A stretch of DNA of 5,601 bases from a virus. The stretch is taken from positions 1 through 5,601 of the IMG/VR virus record IMGVR_UViG_3300045988_013344; one strand, written 5' to 3'. A program made the position numbers and the translations under genes. Within the stretch, counting starts at the first letter, position 1. The number at the start of each line of letters is the position of its first letter. The notes below the pieces were generated by a model. It saw only the letters and a list, made by a program, of their open reading frames with translations, had not been told where the DNA came from and did no database searches. Shown in pieces: positions 1 to 5,482 of the stretch.

Positions 1-119
1 GTTTTTTTTTCACTTGGTAAAATTAACATAGAGAGCCAGCACCACAAAACGAAAGGAGAAAGCACTGCCTCCGGTGCTGGTGATCTGTGCTTCAACCATT
101 TATACAAATATGGAAAGAA
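1..119. repeat. Terminal direct repeat, copy 1. It is identical to 5483..5601 and marks the window as a circular genome of 5482 nt opened at an arbitrary point.
   Basis: Bases 1..119 (gtttttttttcacttggtaaaattaacatagagagccagcacc...tatggaaagaa) recur base-for-base at 5483..5601. Nothing else in the window repeats at this length. Confidence 0.9.
36..80 (+). other. Stable imperfect hairpin in the viral strand. The 8-bp stem CCAGCACC/GGTGCTGG closes a 29-nt loop that contains an inner GGAG/CTCC pair.
   Basis: Positions 36-43 (ccagcacc) are the reverse complement of 73-80 (ggtgctgg). The element is intergenic and lies immediately 3' of the ori-like A/T-rich stretch. It is duplicated at 5518..5562 as part of the terminal redundancy. 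Confidence 0.5.
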
Positions 120-132
120 AAGAGGTGTTGCT

Positions 133-240
133 ATGATCACTTTGAAAGACGTAAAGGGTATCTTTAACCAGCTGCGCAAAATCCTTGCCATGCTGGATAA
201 GATTTACCACGCTCTGAATCTGGATAAGGAGGAAAAGTAA
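133..240 (+). CDS. Small hypothetical protein of 35 aa (MITLKDVKGIFNQLRKILAMLDKIYHALNLDKEEK), predicted amphipathic helix.
   Basis: ATG at 133 follows the SD-like aGAGGTG at 122-128 with a 4-nt spacer. The TAA stop at 238-240 overlaps the next ATG (TAATG). It is first in the co-directional gene string. It falls below the ORF-track length cutoff, so I translated it by hand. Confidence 0.4.
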   Translation: MITLKDVKGIFNQLRKILAMLDKIYHALNLDKEEK

Positions 241-359
241 TGGCACACAGAATGACGGTCAACCCGAAAAAGGACAAAAAGGTGTTCACGAACACCGCGA
301 AGAAAACGAAGAAGATCAACGTCAACCCGAAGCCGTCGCGCGGCGGCATCCGACTGTAA
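240..359 (+). CDS. Small, highly basic 39-aa protein (MAHRMTVNPKKDKKVFTNTAKKTKKINVNPKPSRGGIRL). It is a putative DNA-binding/packaging protein of the J/ORF8 kind found in Microviridae.
   Basis: AAGGAGG at 226-232 sits 7 nt upstream of the ATG at 240. The product is about 30% Lys/Arg and has no acidic cluster. The gene sits directly upstream of the VP5/VP3/VP1 block, where gokushoviruses place their small basic DNA-binding protein. Its start overlaps the preceding stop (TAATG), which implies translational coupling. I translated it by hand. Confidence 0.5.
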   Translation: MAHRMTVNPKKDKKVFTNTAKKTKKINVNPKPSRGGIRL

Positions 360-371
360 AGGAGCAGAACT

Positions 372-635
372 ATGGAATTTCAGGTCTACGCAATCAAGGA
401 CGAACTTGCCGGAACTTTCGGGAATTTGATGGTGGTCAACGAAAAGGTAGCCGAACGAACCTTCAGATGGATGGCACAGGAGATGGAAAAAGCAGACTGC
501 GAGGATAAGCGAGTTTACCTCCTGGGAAACTACGACAACGAAACCGGACTGATCAGACCGGAGCAGCTGCCGCGTCTGATCTACAATCTCGAGCTGATGA
601 AGAAGGAGCAAACGAATGGGAGCCAGAATCTTTAA
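372..635 (+). CDS. VP5-like small non-structural protein of 87 aa. It is the positional analogue of gokushovirus VP5 (ssDNA synthesis/packaging, protein C-like).
   Basis: AAGGAG at 359-364 sits 7 nt before the ATG at 372. The protein is 87 aa and its 3' end overlaps the VP3 start (616). The call rests on position and size only. I cannot confirm homology without a database search. Confidence 0.55.
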   Translation: MEFQVYAIKDELAGTFGNLMVVNEKVAERTFRWMAQEMEKADCEDKRVYLLGNYDNETGLIRPEQLPRLIYNLELMKKEQTNGSQNL

Positions 636-1128
636 GCCCTACGAAGACGAAAAACCGCCTGCACTGCCGAACGAACCGGGAAACCAGTTTGAGCCGGAGT
701 ACAAAGAGCGCTACGATGACCACGGTCAGCCGTACCTTGAGAAGGTCGGCGAGGTGGACACCTACGAAAAAATCCAGAGCTACAAGGACGAATGCGACGT
801 CATGGCAATCCTGAGCAGATACGCTGCGGGAGACGAGAGCGTACTGGCAAAACCGGGCTGGTACATCGACACCAGCAAGCTGCCGAAAACCTACACGGAG
901 TACATGAACATGATGAACGAGAAGCGGGAAGAGTTTAACCAGCTGCCGCTCTCCATCCGTCAGGCGTTCGGTATGAACTTCGAAAACTGGATGGCAACGG
1001 CGGGCGAAAAAGAGTGGCTGGACAAAATGGGCATCAAAATTCAGCAGAATGCACAAGAAACCGCAAAGCCTGGCACGGAAGAACCTGGCACGGAAGAATC
1101 TGTGCAGAAAGGAGAAAATAAGGAATGA
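616..1128 (+). CDS. VP3-like internal scaffolding protein of 170 aa.
   Basis: AAGGAG at 602-607 sits 8 nt before the ATG at 616. The protein is acidic and placed immediately upstream of the capsid gene. Its C-terminal segment ...EFNQLPLSIRQAFGMNFENW... resembles the conserved LPxxIRxxF block of gokushovirus VP3. Its stop overlaps the VP1 start (ATGA at 1125-1128). Confidence 0.75.
   Translation: MGARIFKPYEDEKPPALPNEPGNQFEPEYKERYDDHGQPYLEKVGEVDTYEKIQSYKDECDVMAILSRYAAGDESVLAKPGWYIDTSKLPKTYTEYMNMMNEKREEFNQLPLSIRQAFGMNFENWMATAGEKEWLDKMGIKIQQNAQETAKPGTEEPGTEESVQKGENKE
1069..1098 (+). repeat. Perfect tandem duplication of a 15-bp unit (cctggcacggaagaa x2). It encodes PGTEE-PGTEE in the VP3 C-terminus.
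   Basis: Positions 1069-1083 and 1084-1098 are identical and in frame. Confidence 0.85.
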
Positions 1129-2756
1129 ACCGCAATGCTGAACAGCACTATTCGCAAGTGCCTCATGCAAATATTCAGCGCGCAAGATTCAAGCGGGACT
1201 ATTCGCTGCTGACCACGATGAACGAAGGCGATCTCGTCCCGATCTACTGTGATGAGGTATTGCCGGCGGACACGGCAAAAATCGACCTCAATGCGCTAAT
1301 GCGTATGAGCACCCCGCTGTTTCCTGTTATGGATAACTGCTACTGTGACTTTTACTTCTTCTTCGTACCATCGCGGCTGCTCTGGGAGCACTTCGAAAAC
1401 CTGATGGGGCAAAACGACTCTACTTTCTGGGCAGAGCCAACGGAGTACACGACTCCGAAAACAACTGCACCGGAAGGCGGATGGAACGTGGGAACGCTGG
1501 CAGATTACTTCGGAATTCCGACCGGAGTAGAAAACCTTCATGTCAACTCGCTGCCGTTCCGGGCATACGCCAAAATCTGGAACGAATGGTTCCGGGACGA
1601 AAATTTGCAGCAGCCTGTCACGATGAGCAAGACAGACGCAACGACCGCAGGAAGCAATACCGGCACGAACCTCACGGACGCCGAAGCAGGTGGTCTGCCA
1701 CTGAAAGTGTGTAAATACAAAGACTACTTCACGAGCTGCCTGCCAAGACCGCAAAAAGGAAATGCGGTCACACTGCCGATGAACGCAAATGCAAAGCTCA
1801 GAGTATTCAAAGATCAGGAACTTACGCAAGTAATCGACGGAACCGGAGCAAAGTGGAAAGACATATGGACATGGAACAATCAACCGGAAGGAATAGACAA
1901 CAAGAAAAACGGAACGCAAATCACTTTAACACAAGTAGGTTCTGGATTAGGAACAGAAACGGATGGATGGATAGGAACAGACCTGAGCGACGTAGCAGCC
2001 ACGACAATCAACGAACTCCGTCAAGCGATCGCAGTGCAACACATCCTGGAACGCGATGCCAGAACCGGCACCAGGTACAAAGAATACCTTCAGGGAGCAT
2101 GGGGGGTAACGAGTCCCGATGCACGTCTCGACCGGTCGGAGTACATCGGCGGCTACAGACTGCCTATCAACATCAATCAGGTCATCCAGACGTCGGCGAC
2201 CGACACGACGAGCCCGCAGGGCAACACGGCGGCATTTTCCATGACGACCATGTCCCGGAACATGGCCACCTACTCGGCAACAGAACATGGCTTTATCCTC
2301 GGTCTGGCAGCTGTGCGAGTTGATCACAGCTATCAGCAGGGACTGCCTCGTATGTGGACGCGCAGCACGCGCTTTAGCTACTATGACCCGATGCTGGCAA
2401 ACCTCGGGGAACAGGCGGTTCTTAACCAGGAAATCTATGCACAGGGCAAACCGGAGGACGAAGAAGTCTTTGGCTATCAGGAAGCCTGGGCCGATTACAG
2501 ATACCGCACGAACATGATCACCGGAGAAATGCGCAGCACCTACTCTAAGACTCTGGACGCATGGCACTACGCAGACAAATACGATGAATTGCCCAAACTG
2601 TCCAGCGACTGGATCAAAGAAGGTACGGAGAACATTGACCGGACGATCGCAGTGCAGAGCGAAAAAAGCCGTCAATTTATCTGCAACTTTTATTTTGACC
2701 AAACCTGGACGCGAGCAATGCCGATCTACAGCCTGCCGGGCCTTGATACGATCTAA
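1125..2756 (+). CDS. VP1 major capsid protein of 543 aa (Microviridae F-protein family).
   Basis: This is the longest ORF. Its N-terminus MNRNAEQHYSQVPHANIQRARFKRDYSLLTTMNEGDLVPIYCDEVLPADT is the characteristic start of microvirus major capsid proteins. The size fits gokushovirus VP1. AAAGGAG at 1108-1114 serves as the SD. The start overlaps the VP3 stop. Confidence 0.93.
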   Translation: MNRNAEQHYSQVPHANIQRARFKRDYSLLTTMNEGDLVPIYCDEVLPADTAKIDLNALMRMSTPLFPVMDNCYCDFYFFFVPSRLLWEHFENLMGQNDSTFWAEPTEYTTPKTTAPEGGWNVGTLADYFGIPTGVENLHVNSLPFRAYAKIWNEWFRDENLQQPVTMSKTDATTAGSNTGTNLTDAEAGGLPLKVCKYKDYFTSCLPRPQKGNAVTLPMNANAKLRVFKDQELTQVIDGTGAKWKDIWTWNNQPEGIDNKKNGTQITLTQVGSGLGTETDGWIGTDLSDVAATTINELRQAIAVQHILERDARTGTRYKEYLQGAWGVTSPDARLDRSEYIGGYRLPININQVIQTSATDTTSPQGNTAAFSMTTMSRNMATYSATEHGFILGLAAVRVDHSYQQGLPRMWTRSTRFSYYDPMLANLGEQAVLNQEIYAQGKPEDEEVFGYQEAWADYRYRTNMITGEMRSTYSKTLDAWHYADKYDELPKLSSDWIKEGTENIDRTIAVQSEKSRQFICNFYFDQTWTRAMPIYSLPGLDTI

Positions 2757-2768
2757 GGGGGTGCAGCA

Positions 2769-3698
2769 ATGTCACTCACCTTAATGGGTCTGATCAAAGG
2801 CGGTCTCACTCTGGCAAGCACGTTATCCAGCATCTACAGCAGCATCAAAGGAAGCACTTCGAGCGCACGACAGCAAAGCACAATGCAAAACAGTGTCCAG
2901 AGCGGCACGACAATGGGGACGACCGCACAGGATACTACAAGCACAGGCGGCAGCACTCAGACCGGCAACACCGGAGCACTGGGAAATCTGTTGTCAACAG
3001 CACTCGGCACACCGACCGGGAACAACGCCGGAGCAGCCGCAAACTTCAACGCCGGACAGGTGCAGACAGCCAACAATCTGCAAAACGGTATGTGGAGCAT
3101 GGGCAACGTCATAAACCTCGGCAGTATGCTGGCATCCAACGCGATGAGTGCAGCAAGCCAAAGCAGCGCAATGCGGTACAACTCCAAAGAGGCCAAAGCT
3201 CAAAGAGACTGGCAAGAACGTATGAGTAGCACCAGCTATCAGAGAGGGGTTAAAGACCTCGAAGCAGCGGGGCTTAACCCGGTACTGGCAGCATACAACG
3301 GCTTTGGAGCACAGACACCGTCAGGCGGATACGGAAGCCTGGGCGGGGGCCAGACCTTCGGTCATACTCAAGCTATGGCAATACCGGCTGCAAAGAATGC
3401 AACAATGCAAGCCATGTACGACTATGGCAACAACACAGCACAAATCGTAGAAAACTTCCAAGCTGCCATCAACAGTGCAAAGCAATCATCGGACTACTGG
3501 ACAGCCGAACACCTTGAGCAGATGCAGCAGCAGACCGTAAGCAGCAGCGCTCAGACCGTGGGTCAGCTGGCCGAAGCGGGTAGGAACAGCAACGCTCAGA
3601 CCTCGAGCACCAGAGAGACCAGCGACAGCAAACAGACCAACGTAGCCGGTGAGCTGTCCGGTGAATGGACAAACAAAAAAGACAATCGTAGAAGATAG
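2769..3698 (+). CDS. VP2 minor capsid / DNA pilot protein of 309 aa.
   Basis: GGGGGTG ends 6 nt before the ATG at 2769. The N-terminus is hydrophobic (MSLTLMGLIKGGLTLASTL). A long S/T/G/Q/N-rich low-complexity core follows. The block SYQRGVKDLEAAGLNPVLAAYNG matches the conserved AYQR...AGLNP.LA signature of gokushovirus VP2. The gene sits immediately after VP1. Confidence 0.85.
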   Translation: MSLTLMGLIKGGLTLASTLSSIYSSIKGSTSSARQQSTMQNSVQSGTTMGTTAQDTTSTGGSTQTGNTGALGNLLSTALGTPTGNNAGAAANFNAGQVQTANNLQNGMWSMGNVINLGSMLASNAMSAASQSSAMRYNSKEAKAQRDWQERMSSTSYQRGVKDLEAAGLNPVLAAYNGFGAQTPSGGYGSLGGGQTFGHTQAMAIPAAKNATMQAMYDYGNNTAQIVENFQAAINSAKQSSDYWTAEHLEQMQQQTVSSSAQTVGQLAEAGRNSNAQTSSTRETSDSKQTNVAGELSGEWTNKKDNRRR

Positions 3699-3734
3699 TT
3701 GACAAAAACAGAAAAGAGGTGTATATTATGAGTG
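3699..3734 (+). promoter_or_regulatory. Near-consensus sigma70-type promoter: TTGACA (3699-3704), 17-nt spacer, TATATT (3722-3727). It drives the RHH gene.
   Basis: The -35 hexamer is perfect and begins 1 nt after the VP2 stop. The spacer is exactly 17 nt. The -10 matches TATAAT at 5 of 6 positions. AGGAGG at 3757-3762 sits 6 nt before the ATG at 3769. Confidence 0.7.
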
Positions 3735-3768
3735 TACCAATCGCACACTTAGCTACAGGAGGTTAACC

Positions 3769-3981
3769 ATGAGAACACAGATCACAAAACGATTCAATGT
3801 CAATCTGACTAAGGCCGAAGAAGACGCACTCAAAAACCTGACAGAAGAGTATGCAAACCGAAACTGGAAAGCAAACACATCTGACATCATCCGGGACGCA
3901 ATCGTATACTACAGCGAAAAGATGACGGACTACAAAACCGAAGCAGAGGCAATCAGCGAAGAGGAAGACTTGCCCTTCTAA
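3769..3981 (+). CDS. Ribbon-helix-helix (Arc/MetJ/CopG-like) DNA-binding protein of 70 aa. It has an acidic C-terminal tail ending EEEDLPF, which mimics the SSB C-terminal tip.
   Basis: The protein is MRTQITKRFNVNLTKAEEDALKNLTEEYANRNWKANTSDIIRDAIVYYSEKMTDYKTEAEAISEEEDLPF. It reads as an N-terminal beta-strand (RFNVNLT), helix A (AEEDALKNLTEEY), an N-rich turn, and helix B (SDIIRDAIVYY). This is the Arc-repressor topology. A dedicated strong promoter and a perfect AGGAGG RBS support it as a real gene. The last 6 residues resemble the bacterial SSB tail DDD[IL]PF. Confidence 0.75.
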   Translation: MRTQITKRFNVNLTKAEEDALKNLTEEYANRNWKANTSDIIRDAIVYYSEKMTDYKTEAEAISEEEDLPF

Positions 3982-3992
3982 GGGACGATTTT

Positions 3993-4008
3993 GCCGGGGA
4001 GACCCGGC
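3993..4008 (+). other. Short GC hairpin GCCGGG-GAGA-CCCGGC (GNRA-type loop) 12 nt downstream of the RHH stop. It could be a terminator or RNA-stability element, but it lacks a U-tract.
   Basis: The 6-bp G/C stem with a GAGA tetraloop is seen directly. No T-run follows (caaatctgcaac), so it is not a canonical intrinsic terminator. Confidence 0.25.
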
Positions 4009-4064
4009 CAAATCTGCAACATTTATCCATGAGTTCTTTTAAGAAAGTGCTAAATTTTGTGTCA

Positions 4065-4103
4065 ATGGGCCCCTATAACATCAAGAGGGTTATAGGGGCC
4101 CAT
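4065..4103 (+). promoter_or_regulatory. Perfect 15-bp inverted repeat: ATGGGCCCCTATAAC, loop atcaagagg, GTTATAGGGGCCCAT. It lies immediately upstream of the rep gene and overlaps its RBS region. It may be a candidate operator, a complementary-strand origin (in the ssDNA form), or a translational control hairpin.
   Basis: Positions 4065-4079 are the exact reverse complement of 4089-4103. The loop is 9 nt. No T-tract follows. The 3' arm ends 2 nt before the TTG/GTG/ATG start region of VP4. Confidence 0.6.
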
Positions 4104-4127
4104 TGAGGAAAGGTGCAGCGAAACTAT

Positions 4128-5237
4128 ATGTCATGTACAAGACCGCTCGTCAGGATACCGACAAGAAACGGAGATTTTCGCGTGGTGAGCCTGAAAGGAT
4201 ACTTAAGCCACAGCGGAAAGAACCTCGAATTTATCGCAGACAAAGAGCATCAGAATCTGAACGAGAAAAAAATCAAAGAGCTGCTGAAAGCTCAAGAAGC
4301 GCAGCTGCTACCGTGCGGACAATGTCCGGGATGCAAAATGGCAGCAGCATCCAGCTGGGCAAACCGGATGGAGCTAGAGCTGCCATACCATCAAAATGCA
4401 TGGTTCATCACATTCACATACGATGATGACAATATACCATACAGAATGACCTGGGACGAAGGAACAGGCGAAATACTTATTGAAAACTATAGTCTCAGGT
4501 ATGAAGATATGCAAAAGTTTTGGAAACGCCTCAGAAGGTACTTGGAGTATCACAAGATAAACAACGGAAAACTGATGTACTTCCAATGCGGTGAATATGG
4601 CGGAAAAACACACAGGCCACATTATCACGCGATCGTGTACGACATACCATTCACCAAGGACGAGCTGAAAATCTACAAAAAGAAAAACGGCGCTGTATAC
4701 TACAACGTCGATTGGTTTACCAAACTATGGGGCATGGGTCATGTGGTCATCGCAGCAGCAGAATGGAAAGCGATGGCATACACAGCAAGATACACCACGA
4801 AAAAGGTCTACGGAAAGGAAGGAAAAGAATTTTATAGAGAACTGGGAATTTTGCCTGAAAAGTGTAACATGAGCAAAAGACCAGCAATCGGAGCAAAATA
4901 TTTTGAGGAACATAGCGAAGAAATCTATAAAAAAGACAAAATACAGCTGAAGAACGGAAAAGTCTGCAAACCGCCGAAATACTTTGATAAACTATACGAT
5001 GCACAGTATCTTAGAAAACCACTCACAGATAAAGAAGTAGAAGACATTGAGCTAGTAATAGAAAAAGCCGAGTCCGATGAACTCAAAGCGATAAAGAGAA
5101 AACGTCGTAAATTAGCAAATGACGCACTCTTCGCCAAGCTCAAGCAGAACAACGGCTTAACCATGCAAGAGTATTATAGCAAGGAAGAGCAGAAAATGCA
5201 AGACAGGTTCAAAAAACTCATCCGGGAAGAAATCTAG
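4128..5237 (+). CDS. VP4 replication initiation protein (rolling-circle Rep, superfamily I HUH endonuclease; phiX174 gpA analogue). It is 369 aa from the ATG at 4128, or 374 aa if the in-frame GTG at 4113 is used.
   Basis: The N-terminus MSCTRPLVRIP...LPCGQCPGCK is the gokushovirus VP4 type. RCR motif 1 is FITFTYDD at about 4404-4427. Motif 2 (HUH) is RPHYHAIVYD at about 4614-4643. Motif 3 has two tyrosines spaced Y-x-x-x-Y (AYTARYTTKK, about 4770-4799; compare phiX174 gpA YVAKYVNKK). The TAG stop is at 5235-5237. I prefer the ATG at 4128 (AAGGTG 12 nt upstream), but the start is uncertain. Confidence 0.9.
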   Translation: MSCTRPLVRIPTRNGDFRVVSLKGYLSHSGKNLEFIADKEHQNLNEKKIKELLKAQEAQLLPCGQCPGCKMAAASSWANRMELELPYHQNAWFITFTYDDDNIPYRMTWDEGTGEILIENYSLRYEDMQKFWKRLRRYLEYHKINNGKLMYFQCGEYGGKTHRPHYHAIVYDIPFTKDELKIYKKKNGAVYYNVDWFTKLWGMGHVVIAAAEWKAMAYTARYTTKKVYGKEGKEFYRELGILPEKCNMSKRPAIGAKYFEEHSEEIYKKDKIQLKNGKVCKPPKYFDKLYDAQYLRKPLTDKEVEDIELVIEKAESDELKAIKRKRRKLANDALFAKLKQNNGLTMQEYYSKEEQKMQDRFKKLIREEI

Positions 5238-5306
5238 CGGCCACAGCGCTCGAAAGACAGAGCAAAAGGAAAATCAAGCTGGAGAACGACCAGAATAGAG
5301 GACACT

Positions 5307-5346
5307 GGACGGCGTGGCCACGAAAGGCTGCGCCGTCCTTTTCATT
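5307..5346 (+). terminator. Rho-independent terminator downstream of rep. The stem GGACGGCG/CGCCGTCC closes a 16-nt loop and is followed by TTTTCATT.
   Basis: 5307-5314 (ggacggcg) is the reverse complement of 5331-5338 (cgccgtcc). A T-rich tract at 5339-5346 follows, about 70 nt after the rep stop. Confidence 0.6.
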
Positions 5347-5390
5347 CGGCGCACCAGCGCCGACCGGACGGCCTTAAACTCAAAAAGTGC

Positions 5391-5419
5391 TTAACAAGTG
5401 TATATTTTAAGTGCATAAT
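5391..5419 (+). promoter_or_regulatory. Candidate sigma70-type promoter TTAACA (5391-5396), 17-nt spacer, CATAAT (5414-5419). It would initiate the small-ORF/VP5/VP3/VP1/VP2 operon.
   Basis: The -35 matches at 5 of 6 and the -10 at 5 of 6, with an exact 17-nt spacer, in the AT-rich intergenic region. The spacer contains the 16-bp motif shared with the RHH promoter. Confidence 0.35.
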
Positions 5420-5482
5420 AAAGATGTAGAGAAGAATACAAATAAACCAAAAAAACATGAGGTTGACGAAATTCGGCCTTGC

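Noticed and set aside
81-132. A sigma70 promoter immediately upstream of the first small ORF (TTCAAC / TACAAAT region).
   Set aside because: No hexamer pair with acceptable 16-18 nt spacing. The better candidate promoter is at 5391-5419, upstream across the circular junction.
553-1185. A 210-aa minus-strand ORF antisense to VP3, together with the other minus-strand ORFs at 164-349, 204-611, 1296-1919, 1947-2702, 2957-3215, 3469-3705, 3763-4011, 4374-5164 and 5407-5589.
   Set aside because: Microviridae transcribe a single strand. These ORFs lack SD sequences, have Cys/Arg/Phe-rich compositions typical of antisense frames, and fully overlap well-supported + strand genes.
1853-2323. A 156-aa Arg/Asn/His-rich ORF in an alternate + frame inside VP1 that could be an overlapping gene. 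Similar frame-shifted ORFs occur at 1481-1714, 2287-2517, 2584-2784 and 2893-3114.
   Set aside because: It starts with GTG and has no SD. The extreme basic low-complexity composition is what the +1 frame of an A/C/G-rich capsid gene yields. It has no hydrophobic segment, so it is not an E-like lysis protein. It remains a formal possibility that only comparative conservation analysis could rescue.
4113-4127. GTG at 4113 (and TTG at 4103) as the rep start, as in the ORF track (374 aa).
   Set aside because: GAGG lies only 4 nt upstream of the GTG, and the codons MQRNY before MSCTRPL lack the conserved gokushovirus VP4 N-terminal pattern. The ATG at 4128 is preferred. This is uncertain.
5385-5425. 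Possible XerCD dif-like integration motif (tgtatatt... / gtgcataat) of the kind used by gokushovirus prophages.
   Set aside because: Only partial resemblance to E. coli or Firmicutes dif (GTGC-ATAAT and TGTATATT fragments, with wrong spacing and extra bases in the XerD arm). This is better explained as a promoter or operator. No integrase is present.
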